Below, one piece after another: positions 21,360 through 32,288 of a DNA stretch of 64,000 bases. Origin of the DNA: an uncultured Spirochaetota bacterium. GTDB lineage: Bacteria > Spirochaetota > Brevinematia > Brevinematales > JAOACQ01. A program made the position numbers and the translations under genes. Position 1 is the first letter of the stretch. Every line of letters starts with the position of its first letter. The stretch is from assembly GCA_963783575.1 (NCBI GenBank), contig CAWAOD010000016.1, positions 32,001 to 96,000 on the forward strand, read 5' to 3'. A model generated the notes under the pieces. The model worked only from the letters and a program-made list of their open reading frames with translations. It ran no database searches and was not told where the DNA came from.

Positions 21360-21722
21360 GTGAAAAAAATATTATTAGCGGATGATTCTCCGATTGTCAG
21401 GAACCTTATGAAAACAACATTATTTAAAACTTATGAACTTGTTGAGGCTGAAAACGGGCAGGATGCCGTTAATAAAGCTCAAAATAATGATATAGACCTG
21501 TTTTTACTGGATCTAAATATGCCCGTTATGAACGGAATTGACGTAGCCAAGGAACTCAGAAAAAGCGGTAAATATAGTTCTAAACCGATCCTTATCTGTA
21601 CAAGTGAGGTTAAAGAAGAAAGAAAACAGGAAGGAAAAGAAGCCGGTGTCAACGGATGGATATTGAAAACCTGTGATCCGGCAACACTTCTTCAGACAAT
21701 TGATAAACTGATTAATAAATAG
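21360..21722 (+). CDS. cheY: Single-domain response regulator (CheY-like)
   Basis: ILLADDS, LLDLNMPVMNG, CTS, WILK. Confidence 0.88.
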   Translation: MKKILLADDSPIVRNLMKTTLFKTYELVEAENGQDAVNKAQNNDIDLFLLDLNMPVMNGIDVAKELRKSGKYSSKPILICTSEVKEERKQEGKEAGVNGWILKTCDPATLLQTIDKLINK

Positions 21723-21736
21723 TAAGAATCTATAAT

Positions 21737-24700
21737 TTATTTACCGATATTTGAGTTAAACCGGTCTATAAATTCACGGATTTCATTGAACTTAAAGCTT
21801 TTAATATATTTCTTAATTCTTTCGGTGAATTCAGAGGTACCGGGATATTGTACTTCTACTCTTTCTATCCGGTTCCGCAGGCTTATAATATCGCCAATCT
21901 TCGCAAGCTCAAAAAGCATTTTCAGTTCTTCCTCCGGAGGAGGGAGTATTACCTCCGGCTTTTCACCGGCAGAATTATCATGCTTTACCTTCCGGCTTTT
22001 CAGTTTTTCAGCCCCGGAGAAGCTTTCAAAGCTTTCCATTTCAAGGTCAAACCAGAAATTGCTTCCTTTACCTTCGACGCTGCTGAAAAATAATTCACCG
22101 CCCATCATTTTTATCAGATTTTTTGTAATAGTCAAACCAAGCCCTGTTCCCCTGGTTTTATCGTTTTTATCCTTTAACTGCTTGAATGGCTCAAAAATAA
22201 TTTCCTTTTTATTTTCCGGTATACCGATCCCGGTATCTTCAATTTCAAAATGTAAATTATGCTTGCCCGGTAATTTTGTTTTTTTATTTTCGCTTATTCT
22301 TAGCGTTACGCTTCCCTTTTCTGTAAATTTCACAGCGTTGCTCAATAGATTAAGCAAGATTTGGCTCAGGCTGGATTCATCGCCGGATAAAGCGTCCGGT
22401 AAACCGGGGCTGACCGCCAGATTGAAAGCAATCTCTTTATCTTTTGCCTGAATTTCGATTATGGCGGTTACTGAATTTATAAATCTTCGCAGGTAAAAAG
22501 GCTGTTTATGTAATTCCATTTTTCCGGCTTCAATTTTGGAGAAATCGAGAAGATTATTTATCATTCCCAGGAGGTGTTCGCCGCTTCGGGTTATAGCTTT
22601 GGCACAGGTTAATTGTTTTTCATTTAAATCACTGCTCTGTTCGAGCATTCTTGCGTAGCCTAATATTGCGTTAAGTGGTGTACGCAATTCATGGCTCATA
22701 TTTGCCAGGAAACGGCTTTTAGCCTGGTTTGCGCTTTCTGCCGCTTCTTTTGCCGAATTCAAAGCGTCTTCCGCCAATTTACGGTCGGTAATATCCTGTC
22801 CTTGGGCGATTGTTGCTATAAGTGTTTTCCCATCTTTTGAATAAATATTTGCTGAATTCCAGAGAACAATGCGAATTTCGCCGTTATTCCTCAGTATCGG
22901 GACTTCTAATGCTTCAAGATAAGCGCCGTTAAAGGTCTTCTCTAACCTAGCCAGCGAACCCTCCCTGCTGTTGACGGGGAATAGAACGCTTAATTCTTTT
23001 CCCAGCATTTCTAGTGCTTTAGCGCCGGTTAGCCTTTCGAAAGCCCGGTTAAACAGGGTAATTTTGAATTCACTGTCCCAGCAAATTATTGGAGCGTTTG
23101 CATAATTTATAAGGTTTTCAAAGTAGTCGCGTGTCTGCCGCAGGGATTCCTCCGCTTTTTCATGCGTCATACGGAGCCTGCCGGTAATAATACCGAAAGA
23201 CAGGTCGCTCACCAATTCGCTTAAAAGAACGACCTCATCGCTGTTGAAGGAATCAGGTTTTCTTGAATAAATTGTTACTGCGCCGAAAGCGTAATCATAT
23301 TCCAATAACGGCAATGCTATCGATGAGGCATACCCGCGTTTTATAGCCTCTCCCCTCCATGGCTTGAATCTAGGATCGGTAAGCATGTCTGGGCAAATTG
23401 AAGGTTTGCCTGTCCTGATTGCCGTCCCGGTGGGGCCTCTTCCACGGTCTTTATTATCCCAGGTAAGATGCAGCGTCTCGAGATATCCTTCCTCGTATCC
23501 GGCATAAGCGACAGGCATAATACTTTTTTCTTCGTTCATTTCTCTAAAGCCGATCCAGACCATCGCATGTCCGCAGTTTTCCACTATTATCCTGCAAACC
23601 TCATTCAGATATTCCTTCTCGTTTGCCGACTTCATCATTGCTTTGTTGCTCTGGCTGAGGGCTGTAAGAATACGGTTAAGCCTTTGAAGCTCAGCCTCCT
23701 TTTTCTCGCTCAGGATGAGTTCGTTATTTACCTTCTCGAATAGCCTTGAATTCCTGATCGCGAGTGAAACAGATGTTTTAAGTTTATTGCCGAAATCAAT
23801 ATCAGCTTCCGTAAATGAATAGATATTTTTATGATAATTAAAAAAAATAACGCCTATTGCCGATTCCAAGTCAAACAGCGGGATTACCATTACGGACCGG
23901 ATTCCCCATTTTTTTATGTGTTTCCTGTTTACTCTTTTATCATTGAAAGTGTCGTTTATGGTAATAATCTTTTTGGAATTGACGGCAAGCATCGTATGAG
24001 GCTCCTCATCATTGTCCATTTCCAAACCGATTACGTTGTGAGTAAAACCATAACTGTTATTTATTACCCAGTGCCCGGTAATATTGAGGGATATTGCGGC
24101 AGTTTCGCTTCCAAGGGCATTTGCGGCTTTCTCTACTATCGATTGAAGGTAATAATTCATATCCAGCGTTGAATGGAGCAGGTCATTTATGTTATAAAGA
24201 GCGTTGTTAAGTTTTTCAACCCGCCTGCGCATGCTTATATCTCGAAATACAAGAACCGCTCCTATGATGTTTCCTTTTGAATTTTTTATTGGCGCGCCGC
24301 TGTCATCGATAGGAATTCCGGTTCCATCCCTGCGCATAAGAAGAGTGTGGTTGGCAAGCCCAACAATCAATCCTTTCTCCAGAACCATCGCCGCGGGATT
24401 TGTAACAGCAAGCCCTGTATTTTCATTAATTATTTTGAATACTTCATTCGAAGGCTTTCCTAAAGCCTCATTAAGAGTCCACCCTGTCAAATTCAGGGCA
24501 ACGGCATTGATGAAAGTAACATTACCCGATGCATCCGTCGCAATAACCGCGTCGCCGATGCTCGAAAGGGTTGTTGAATAACGTTCTTCGCTTTCAAGTA
24601 AAGCCTCTTCCGCGACTTTACGGGAAGTAATATCCGTTAGCATACCAAGGGAGCCTGCAAAATTGCCATCGCCGTCAAAGAGCGGCGAAGCGTTGGATAT

Positions 24701-25687
24701 GGCCCATAGAGCCGACCCGTCCCGGCGGATAAATTTGTATTCAAAGCTTTCTACAATACCTTTCTTCCTTCTTTCAAGAATCAAATCTACTGAGGCTTTT
24801 TCACTTTCATACATGAATTCCGTTGATTTTCTGCCTATCATTTCTTCGGGACTATATCCCAGCATTTCCGCCATTCTTTTATTGACATATGTAGTTGATA
24901 ATTTGGAGTCTATAATCCAGATGCCCTCATTCGCCGTTTCAACAATGCCCCTGTATTTTTCCCCGCTTAACCGCAGAGCTTCCTCCGCTGCGATCCGGTT
25001 AGTTATATCCAGGCTGTATATGCGTATGCATTCATAAACCTTATTGAAGGCAAAGCTTTGATGGAGCCATATATTGCCTATCTTTATTTCACGCAAATAA
25101 AGATCATCTTTCCCGGCTTTAAAATTATTTATGATGGAATCTATATCCTTAAAGAATAAATGCCCGGTTCCAAGCTTCTCAAGACCGGGGAACATGTTTT
25201 TTGCGGCCCTGTTGATGAACTGGATTTTCCCGGACAAATCCGTTTCCACAACCGGGTGCGGGTTCATAACTGGAAAAGAGACCATTTCTACCAGACTTTC
25301 TTCGGTATTCCTTTGTTCCATTATGTCAATTATAGATATTGCAACTCCGAATTCATTCTCAGACTGTATTATGGGGATTGAATTCAATAATATTAAATGT
25401 TCTTTTCCGTCTTTTGCCGTAAATTTTATTTCTCTTTTGTTTAAATATTTTTTATCGAGAATGGACTTATAAGTTACAACCTCATCGTTTACGCTTTTTA
25501 ATTGGAAAATACTGTCAAAATGTTTATTCAGGGGATTTTCTCCGCATATAGTTTCCGCAACGGGATTTGCCATTATTATTATTCCTTTTTTACTGCAGAA
25601 GACTATTCCATCTGAAGAAAGTTTCATTACTGCATCGGCTATTGTTTCGGCTGGTACTTTTTGTGATACTGTAATAATTTCTTTCAT
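21737..25687 (-). CDS. Multi-PAS, double-GAF sensor histidine kinase
   Basis: Repeated PAS/PAC units (DITxRK), two GAF domains, [35 protein letters not shown]. Confidence 0.93.
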   Translation of the reverse strand: MKEIITVSQKVPAETIADAVMKLSSDGIVFCSKKGIIIMANPVAETICGENPLNKHFDSIFQLKSVNDEVVTYKSILDKKYLNKREIKFTAKDGKEHLILLNSIPIIQSENEFGVAISIIDIMEQRNTEESLVEMVSFPVMNPHPVVETDLSGKIQFINRAAKNMFPGLEKLGTGHLFFKDIDSIINNFKAGKDDLYLREIKIGNIWLHQSFAFNKVYECIRIYSLDITNRIAAEEALRLSGEKYRGIVETANEGIWIIDSKLSTTYVNKRMAEMLGYSPEEMIGRKSTEFMYESEKASVDLILERRKKGIVESFEYKFIRRDGSALWAISNASPLFDGDGNFAGSLGMLTDITSRKVAEEALLESEERYSTTLSSIGDAVIATDASGNVTFINAVALNLTGWTLNEALGKPSNEVFKIINENTGLAVTNPAAMVLEKGLIVGLANHTLLMRRDGTGIPIDDSGAPIKNSKGNIIGAVLVFRDISMRRRVEKLNNALYNINDLLHSTLDMNYYLQSIVEKAANALGSETAAISLNITGHWVINNSYGFTHNVIGLEMDNDEEPHTMLAVNSKKIITINDTFNDKRVNRKHIKKWGIRSVMVIPLFDLESAIGVIFFNYHKNIYSFTEADIDFGNKLKTSVSLAIRNSRLFEKVNNELILSEKKEAELQRLNRILTALSQSNKAMMKSANEKEYLNEVCRIIVENCGHAMVWIGFREMNEEKSIMPVAYAGYEEGYLETLHLTWDNKDRGRGPTGTAIRTGKPSICPDMLTDPRFKPWRGEAIKRGYASSIALPLLEYDYAFGAVTIYSRKPDSFNSDEVVLLSELVSDLSFGIITGRLRMTHEKAEESLRQTRDYFENLINYANAPIICWDSEFKITLFNRAFERLTGAKALEMLGKELSVLFPVNSREGSLARLEKTFNGAYLEALEVPILRNNGEIRIVLWNSANIYSKDGKTLIATIAQGQDITDRKLAEDALNSAKEAAESANQAKSRFLANMSHELRTPLNAILGYARMLEQSSDLNEKQLTCAKAITRSGEHLLGMINNLLDFSKIEAGKMELHKQPFYLRRFINSVTAIIEIQAKDKEIAFNLAVSPGLPDALSGDESSLSQILLNLLSNAVKFTEKGSVTLRISENKKTKLPGKHNLHFEIEDTGIGIPENKKEIIFEPFKQLKDKNDKTRGTGLGLTITKNLIKMMGGELFFSSVEGKGSNFWFDLEMESFESFSGAEKLKSRKVKHDNSAGEKPEVILPPPEEELKMLFELAKIGDIISLRNRIERVEVQYPGTSEFTERIKKYIKSFKFNEIREFIDRFNSNIGK

Positions 25688-25963
25688 AATGAATTCTCCG
25701 GAATAAAGGTTTTGTGCTTTTATTTTATATTTTTATTGAGCCGTTATAACCTTCACCTCCTAGATGAGCTCAGAACGGGCTTACTGAAATAGGAGGGAAA
25801 TATTAAATTAATTCATTGTTCGGTTTAATTAATTATTCAAATTATATATTATACAAAATTAAATTTTAATGCAATTAAAAAGTTAATAATTAGATTATTA
25901 AGGGAAAGATTTTTGCAAAAAAATTCTTCCTGTTATAGAATCTATTCAATATTATTATTTAAT

Positions 25964-26106
25964 AGGCACTTCTAAATGCTTTTTTTAGAAGTGCCTGCTT
26001 AAACATTAATAAAGTTTTTGTCATTCTGCCATATACACTTGCAAAAACTTCAAGGGCAGTTCCGTAATATTAAAAAGGCGGGTTTAATAAGATTTTGGAA
26101 CTGCCC
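25964..26106. repeat. Two related palindromic elements
   Basis: AGGCACTTCTAAA-7-TTTAGAAGTGCCT (25964-25996) and GGGCAGTTCC...GGAACTGCCC (26054-26106). Confidence 0.55.
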
Positions 26107-26138
26107 AAATATCAAATGTTTTTTATATATTTGGAGTT

Positions 26139-27987
26139 GTGATGGGAAATACCCTGAGGACTATTCTAAAGAAAATAAAGCCTGCCGGGGTTCAAAATAA
26201 AGTATCCATCCCCCTGTATTTGTCCATCTATCTGCTTTACATCCTAATTATCTTCAGTATTGATCTTTTTCACTTTTTGTCTTACTGCCTTCCCGCGTTT
26301 CCGGCTTTATGCATCATCCTGATTATTCTATGTGTTTTAGCCATTATTTTTATTATAATTAATTCTGTAAGAATCGAAACGGGCGGGTTTGATGCGGCCG
26401 ATTTTCTGGCCGCATTAATATTGATTCTTTTATATTTTATGCGTATGCCGTATCCCGATACTAATTTTGACACCCGCAATTATCATCTTTTTTTTCAGAG
26501 TTTTCAATTTAAGGATATTATCCATTATCATTTTTTTCCTGTCTCTATTTATTCTTTTTTTTACCCCCTGTCTGACAGGATGTTTTATATATTCAGGACG
26601 GCGCTGGGCTACCGCGCCGGGACAGTGCTGAACTACCTGGTGATAGTTTTAATTTACAAACAGGTAAAAGACATTTTATTCCGCTATATAAGCCTTAGAG
26701 GCATCAAAATCGGTAATTTTTTATTAGGTATTTTATCATTACTTACAGTTTCTACGGAATTTATATTTTTTAATTTTGCGACTTATTTAGTCGATCTTAT
26801 GTTTATACCGCTTTTATTGGAGGTATTGAAGCTGATCTTGTTCCGGGAGGACGGCAGGCCGCAGTTGTTTTATTACTGCGCCGTTCTTTCAGATTTGCCC
26901 TGGCTTTAAAATTTACGGCTGTTATTTTTATAATTATACTCATAGGCTTTTTCCTGATGAGAAACCGGAAAAGCATAAATTTGAAAAAAATGCTTCTTTG
27001 CTCATTGTTGTTTTTTTTACCGGTATCAATTTATGCCGTATTCAGCTATGTTAATACAGGAAACCCAATTTACCCGTTTTTTGACGGAATATTCCATTCA
27101 CCCTATTATATTAAATTCTCTTCAACGGACAGGGATATGAGATGGGCCCGGTTAAAAACATCCTGGAATATCTTTTATGGCCCGCATATTGCGCTTTTGT
27201 TCCGAAAAGGCTTTCGGAACTGGATGTTTACAGCGGAAGATTAGCCCTGGGTTATTGCGCCGGTCTGATTCTATCGATTTTGATTATTCTGAAAAAAGAA
27301 ACTTCCGGTAAAATTCTAAAAAATCTTGCTTTTATTATCCTTTTATCTGGATTTTTATGGGGGGCTACTACCGGCTATATCAGATATGCTTTATTTATTG
27401 AGGTCATCAGTGGAATATTCATTACTTTTATCTGCCTGGAGTTTTTATACATATCCGGGAAAAAAGCCGTCCGGGCATCCGGGATGATAATTTTACTGCT
27501 CTTTATTGCTCAGGCATATTACAGTTATGACCTCTATATCTACAAGAACCGCGATTGGTCATGGCGGCCCAGGCCCTATAAAGACCTACCAGGATATTTA
27601 TGGAATATCTCAATGATAGGCAGAGACAGGAATCTAACCGGAAAGGATGAAATCAAATTAATAAAAAAAGTCGATTTGTGGATAATAAGCAGGAGTTTTA
27701 CAAGCTGTACCTCAATATTGAAAGATGACGTCCCAATATTCAAAGTTGATTTCAATAAAGGGCCGTCTTTATTTCAGCTTCAATACCGTAAATATTATGA
27801 CCAAATCAGCAATCAGAGGGTGTTCGAGGTTTATGAACATCAGGATATTGAAAAAGCTCTCCCGGATTTGAAAAATAGCTATCGCTCACTCGGATTTGAT
27901 GTCGTTAATTACAGCGTAATTCACCCGCCATATTTATTGGACAACGGTATTATGTACCTTCTGGAATTAAGAAAATCCGGATTTTAA
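26139..27987 (+). CDS. Polytopic membrane protein, GT-C-fold glycosyltransferase-like, split by two -1 indels
   Basis: Many TMs, DTRNYH, YLVDL, ALKFT, TGNPIYPFF, YIRY; adding one G at about 26892 and one at about 27145 joins the three ORFs. Confidence 0.6.
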
Positions 27988-28007
27988 CAAGCATTCCCCT
28001 TCGGCGG

Positions 28008-29698
28008 CAGACTGTGTGAAAACACAGTAAAATTTTATAGTAAAATCGATTAATTATACAAAGACTCCATTTTTTGATATATTTTTCAAGCTAAAAAAAT
28101 CTTAGTTTAAAAAATCTATCCGAATACGATAAACGATGGTTTATTAGCATCAAACCAGAGTCATAAGTCTCTTTATTCCCAATATATTCAATACTTTTAT
28201 TAAATTATGAATGAATCCTGCCAAACTGGATTCCGTCAGAACGCCATCCTTTCCCTTCATTAAAAAATAACTGTAACCCATATTCCTTTTTATCGATCCA
28301 AATGGATGTTCACATATCTCTTTCCTTTTCTCTATGATCTTTTTCCCGGCTTCAGAACGAATTTTCCTCTTGAAGTTCTCAATTTCTTCTTTTCTAACTG
28401 GTACTTTGATACTTCGTCCTTCCACGCTTTCAGTACACTTATTTCTTACTTCACATTGGCTGCATAAGCCGCACTTGTACCTGACTATCTCTTTTCCTCC
28501 ATTGACCGTCTCTACTTTTTTCCCATTTCTCACTAATGGGTTTCCCTCCGGACAATAATAAACATCTTGTCCCGGATCATATTTGAATTTATCAACCTGG
28601 TATTCTTCAGCAGGTACTCCTTTATTATCTTCTTTGCCTCGAATCCTTGCCTTATGTCCGTCATCCGGATTCGGCATATATACGTTATGTCCCTTATCTA
28701 TACATTCCAGTATCTGCGGTTCGCTGTAATAACCGGCATCCGATACTTTGACCGTTTCAGTCTCTACCTTAAGCTCGTCCTTTATTTCTTCTACTCGGTC
28801 ACACATTCCTGCCATCTGTTTGATATCATTGTTTTCATTCGTCACATCAATCGCCACAATCAGTTTATTAGCATCATCTACTGCCATCTGCAGATTATAT
28901 GCAATGTCGGATTTCCCTTTATCATTCATAAACCGGCTTTCCGGGTCATTTGAATAATATTTCTCCATTTCAGGATTTCCCTCAAAAATCTTTTTAATAG
29001 CCTCAACTTTATCCTTTTTTGTTTTCAATTTTTTAAAACGTTCCGCTATCTTTCCGGAAAGAAATTCAAATTCATTCTTTTCTTCCTTATCGTTCTTATC
29101 CATCTCGTTCAAATATTCTTCGATCTTTTGATCTATTCTATGTATGATTTCTTCTATGTTTTTCCTATGATAAACATTGTTATTGTGGTTTTGCGCACTG
29201 ATCTTGGTTCCATCTATTCCAACCACGTCAAATGATAAAAGCCCGGCTTTATGACATATCTTCAAAAATTCTCTGAATATCGACTGTATTCCCTTCTTAT
29301 TATCTTTCCTGAAGTCGGCAATCGTCTTGAAATCCGGCGCTAGTCGTCCAGTCAGCCACATCAACTCTGTGTTTCTTCGGCACTCTCTCTCTAATTTCCT
29401 GCTTGTCCTGATTTTATTCAAATATCCGTAAATATAGATTTTTAAAAGTATTTCGGATTTATATGAACTTCTGCCGGTTGATGCTTCTTTTACTTTAAAA
29501 CCAACTCCTTTCATATTTAGCTTATCAACAAAAATATCTATAAACCTTACCGGATCTTCTTCTCCTAACAGATCTTCCAGTGTTTCATTGAACAGAGCTA
29601 TCTGATCCCTTGATTCTCCCTCAATATGCTTCATCTTTTACTCCGATTATTTTTGTTCTAATAATTATAGCATATTTACTGTGTTTTCACACAGTCTG
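28008..29698 (-). mobile_element. IS1182-family insertion sequence, 1691 bp
   Basis: Perfect 24-bp TIRs CAGACTGTGTGAAAACACAGTAAA (28008-28031, 29675-29698); CGG direct repeats at 28005-28007 and 29699-29701. Confidence 0.93.
28150..29634 (-). CDS. IS1182-family DDE transposase
   Basis: LLKIYIYGY, SRKLE, PDFKTIADFRK, IDGTKI, YNLQMAVD, DAGY, CPEG, EHPFGSIK. Confidence 0.95.
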   Translation of the reverse strand: MKHIEGESRDQIALFNETLEDLLGEEDPVRFIDIFVDKLNMKGVGFKVKEASTGRSSYKSEILLKIYIYGYLNKIRTSRKLERECRRNTELMWLTGRLAPDFKTIADFRKDNKKGIQSIFREFLKICHKAGLLSFDVVGIDGTKISAQNHNNNVYHRKNIEEIIHRIDQKIEEYLNEMDKNDKEEKNEFEFLSGKIAERFKKLKTKKDKVEAIKKIFEGNPEMEKYYSNDPESRFMNDKGKSDIAYNLQMAVDDANKLIVAIDVTNENNDIKQMAGMCDRVEEIKDELKVETETVKVSDAGYYSEPQILECIDKGHNVYMPNPDDGHKARIRGKEDNKGVPAEEYQVDKFKYDPGQDVYYCPEGNPLVRNGKKVETVNGGKEIVRYKCGLCSQCEVRNKCTESVEGRSIKVPVRKEEIENFKRKIRSEAGKKIIEKRKEICEHPFGSIKRNMGYSYFLMKGKDGVLTESSLAGFIHNLIKVLNILGIKRLMTLV

Positions 29699-29943
29699 CG
29701 GGCTCAGGGCAGGCTGATTGACCGTAGTAAATCAATTCGTTTTTCATGATACGTGACTTTTTTTAGCGGATTGTTTATATTAAAAATGAGGAATTATTAA
29801 AAACAAATATTTCCAATAAGATGAACTGTTTTTGTACAGATTAGCATTATATGTTATAATTTATGCAAGTTCTTACAATTTGACATCTTTTTTTGTTGGA
29901 GTTTATGACATCATTTAAGATGGCTGACTCAGGGGGAAAATTA

Positions 29944-31755
29944 ATGATCAAAAAAATAGCGGTTATAAGCCTTTACGGCATATTATTTTTTATTGCGGTT
30001 GAGTTGTTTACCGGCTGTCCCGCACTGGCGCCGAATAATAATCCGGGTTCATCCTCTTCATCCCGCATACTGGATTTTTCCAGCAATACAAACGCCTGGA
30101 CTATTATGGTTTATATGGACGGTAATAACAACCTTGCACCCGATGCTCTCGTGAATTTCAATGAAATGGAAGCGGGTTTAACCAATACAAATATTTATGT
30201 GGTTGTGTTATTTGCCCTGTCGCCGAATTACGGCATGCCCTGGTCTGGAGCGCGTCTGTACCATGTTAATTATGACCCGAACGGCCTGGACAGTAACATC
30301 CGTTCAACCAGGCTTGTGGGCACCATTAATGGTATTTATTTATCTCAAAACAATTATACTAACCTGGATATGGCCGATCCGAAAACCCTTAGCTCATTTG
30401 TTGATTTTTCGAAATCACAATTCCCGGCTTCAAATTATATGCTTATACTATGGGACCATGGCGGCGGATGGAGGAATGATATTGAGGGAGAAATTAGCAG
30501 CCGTCCGGGAATAAAAAATACTTTAATGAAGATATCGCATACATCCGGTCAGGCGCATACTGAAAAGGACATAAGCCTGCCCGGAGGCCGCCAGTCAGTT
30601 AAAAAAACCGGCGGTTTTAGAGACATAATCGAAGACGATTTATCGGGCAATGTAATGTACAACTCTCAGGTACGTCAGGCGCTTGCTGGAAAAGGGATAA
30701 CCGTTATAGGATTCGATGCTTGCCTGATGAATATGCTTGAAGTTTGCTATGAGTTTAAAAATACCGCGCAATATCTTGTGGGATCGGTTGAGGAGGAACC
30801 GGCCGCCGGCTGGGATTATCAGGCATTTTTGAGGCTGTTTCTGGCAAGCCCTATGAATACAACAGACTTATGCTCCGCTGCCGTCAATGCTTATTCCAAT
30901 AGATATGTTTCGACTACAGGCACATCGATGTCGGCTGTTGATCTTACGAAGATTGATTTGCTGATGGGCTCTTTCAGTAATTATGTTGTGGATCTGGAAG
31001 CAAATTTAGTAAATCCGGCTCATGATATTTCAGTCTTCTCAAACCAGTCGAACAATTTCCTGAACAATATACAGGAATATGACACCGGTAACGCCGGTAA
31101 CCTGGGCGCCGACATAAACATCGACCTGTGGGATCTTTCCGATAAAATACCGTATGGTTCCACAGCCGGATTAAAGGCCGCTGTCAAGAACGCCGTGATT
31201 TCAGAATGGCACAACTCAGGCGGAACAATTTTTACGGGCGATCCCAATTCGCATGGAATTGCCCTCTATTTCGGAACTTATCAGGGTAGAAGCGGTGATT
31301 TATTTTATGACTACAGTTATATTTTCAGCAATACCTACGCAATACAATTCTTGAACTATTCGCCTTATCCGCAGTATCTCCTGGATTTTTATAATTACCC
31401 TGCTGACGATTTATGGCTTTCTAATAACCAGGTTATTTCCAATAGCATAGGCAGCAACGCAGATCAATACTATGAAATATATATCATCTCAAACGGTACA
31501 TTCACTGTGGATATGCTATCCGGCTCAAATTGTGACGACGATCTCTACCTTTGTGATTTAAACAGCATTGATCAGATTGATCCGGTTGCGGAATCTTCTA
31601 ATAACGGATATGGTGTTTCTCAGCATATAACATATAATACTACCAATACCGGCTGGTACCTGGTTGATGTTTATAGAAAATCAGTACAAACAATAACTGA
31701 TACTAATAATGATTTTAGCCTGGTTGTTTCAAACGGGACTGCAGTACTTAAATGA
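29944..31755 (+). CDS. Clostripain-family (C11) cysteine peptidase lipoprotein with C-terminal PPC-like domain
   Basis: Lipobox-like FTGC, WTIMVYMDGNNNL, WDHGGGW, GFDACLM, DDDLYL...TGWYLVDV tail. Confidence 0.88.
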   Translation: MIKKIAVISLYGILFFIAVELFTGCPALAPNNNPGSSSSSRILDFSSNTNAWTIMVYMDGNNNLAPDALVNFNEMEAGLTNTNIYVVVLFALSPNYGMPWSGARLYHVNYDPNGLDSNIRSTRLVGTINGIYLSQNNYTNLDMADPKTLSSFVDFSKSQFPASNYMLILWDHGGGWRNDIEGEISSRPGIKNTLMKISHTSGQAHTEKDISLPGGRQSVKKTGGFRDIIEDDLSGNVMYNSQVRQALAGKGITVIGFDACLMNMLEVCYEFKNTAQYLVGSVEEEPAAGWDYQAFLRLFLASPMNTTDLCSAAVNAYSNRYVSTTGTSMSAVDLTKIDLLMGSFSNYVVDLEANLVNPAHDISVFSNQSNNFLNNIQEYDTGNAGNLGADINIDLWDLSDKIPYGSTAGLKAAVKNAVISEWHNSGGTIFTGDPNSHGIALYFGTYQGRSGDLFYDYSYIFSNTYAIQFLNYSPYPQYLLDFYNYPADDLWLSNNQVISNSIGSNADQYYEIYIISNGTFTVDMLSGSNCDDDLYLCDLNSIDQIDPVAESSNNGYGVSQHITYNTTNTGWYLVDVYRKSVQTITDTNNDFSLVVSNGTAVLK

Positions 31756-31773
31756 GAATATTGAAGGAAAATT

Positions 31774-32148
31774 ATGCATAGAATTCCAATTTTTCTTCTG
31801 TACCTGGCTTTATCATTTTTTATATCCTGTACGTCTGGACAAAAAGGATCAAAATCGGGACCCGGCTCCGGCCATCAGGCGCGCCCTGCCCAAACACTTC
31901 ATACAACTGTTACCGGAGATGAAGAAGATGTTCTGGAAGGTAAAGTTGTCCTTTATAAGGGAAACGACACTGTATACTTTGAACAGAACTGGGAATCAAG
32001 GTCAAAAATCAGTTTAAAGGTTACCGGCTGTCAAACGGACACTATGCGGAAATTCAATGGCCGTATTGTTTGGGTGAAAGGCACAGTTTTAAAAGATAGC
32101 TTGTGGAGCGGTACTGTCGAAATCACATCAATCCTGTCAAATCAATAA
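31774..32148 (+). CDS. Hypothetical lipoprotein (OB-fold-like)
   Basis: Signal peptide ending FFISC; beta-rich body. Confidence 0.65.
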   Translation: MHRIPIFLLYLALSFFISCTSGQKGSKSGPGSGHQARPAQTLHTTVTGDEEDVLEGKVVLYKGNDTVYFEQNWESRSKISLKVTGCQTDTMRKFNGRIVWVKGTVLKDSLWSGTVEITSILSNQ

Positions 32149-32288
32149 CGTAAGCTATACCTATCGCAATGTTGCGTTCGCAAATTTTGTTTTTCTTTAT
32201 CCAAATAAATTGTACTTATATATTGAAATAATATTGTTTAGTATTTACTTTTAATTAATAGTTGAATTTAAAGTAAGAAGGTTTTTTT

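Noticed and set aside
32143..32185. attC-like start (CAATAAC...) after the lipoprotein gene
   Set aside because: No matching GTT end or convincing attC hairpin.
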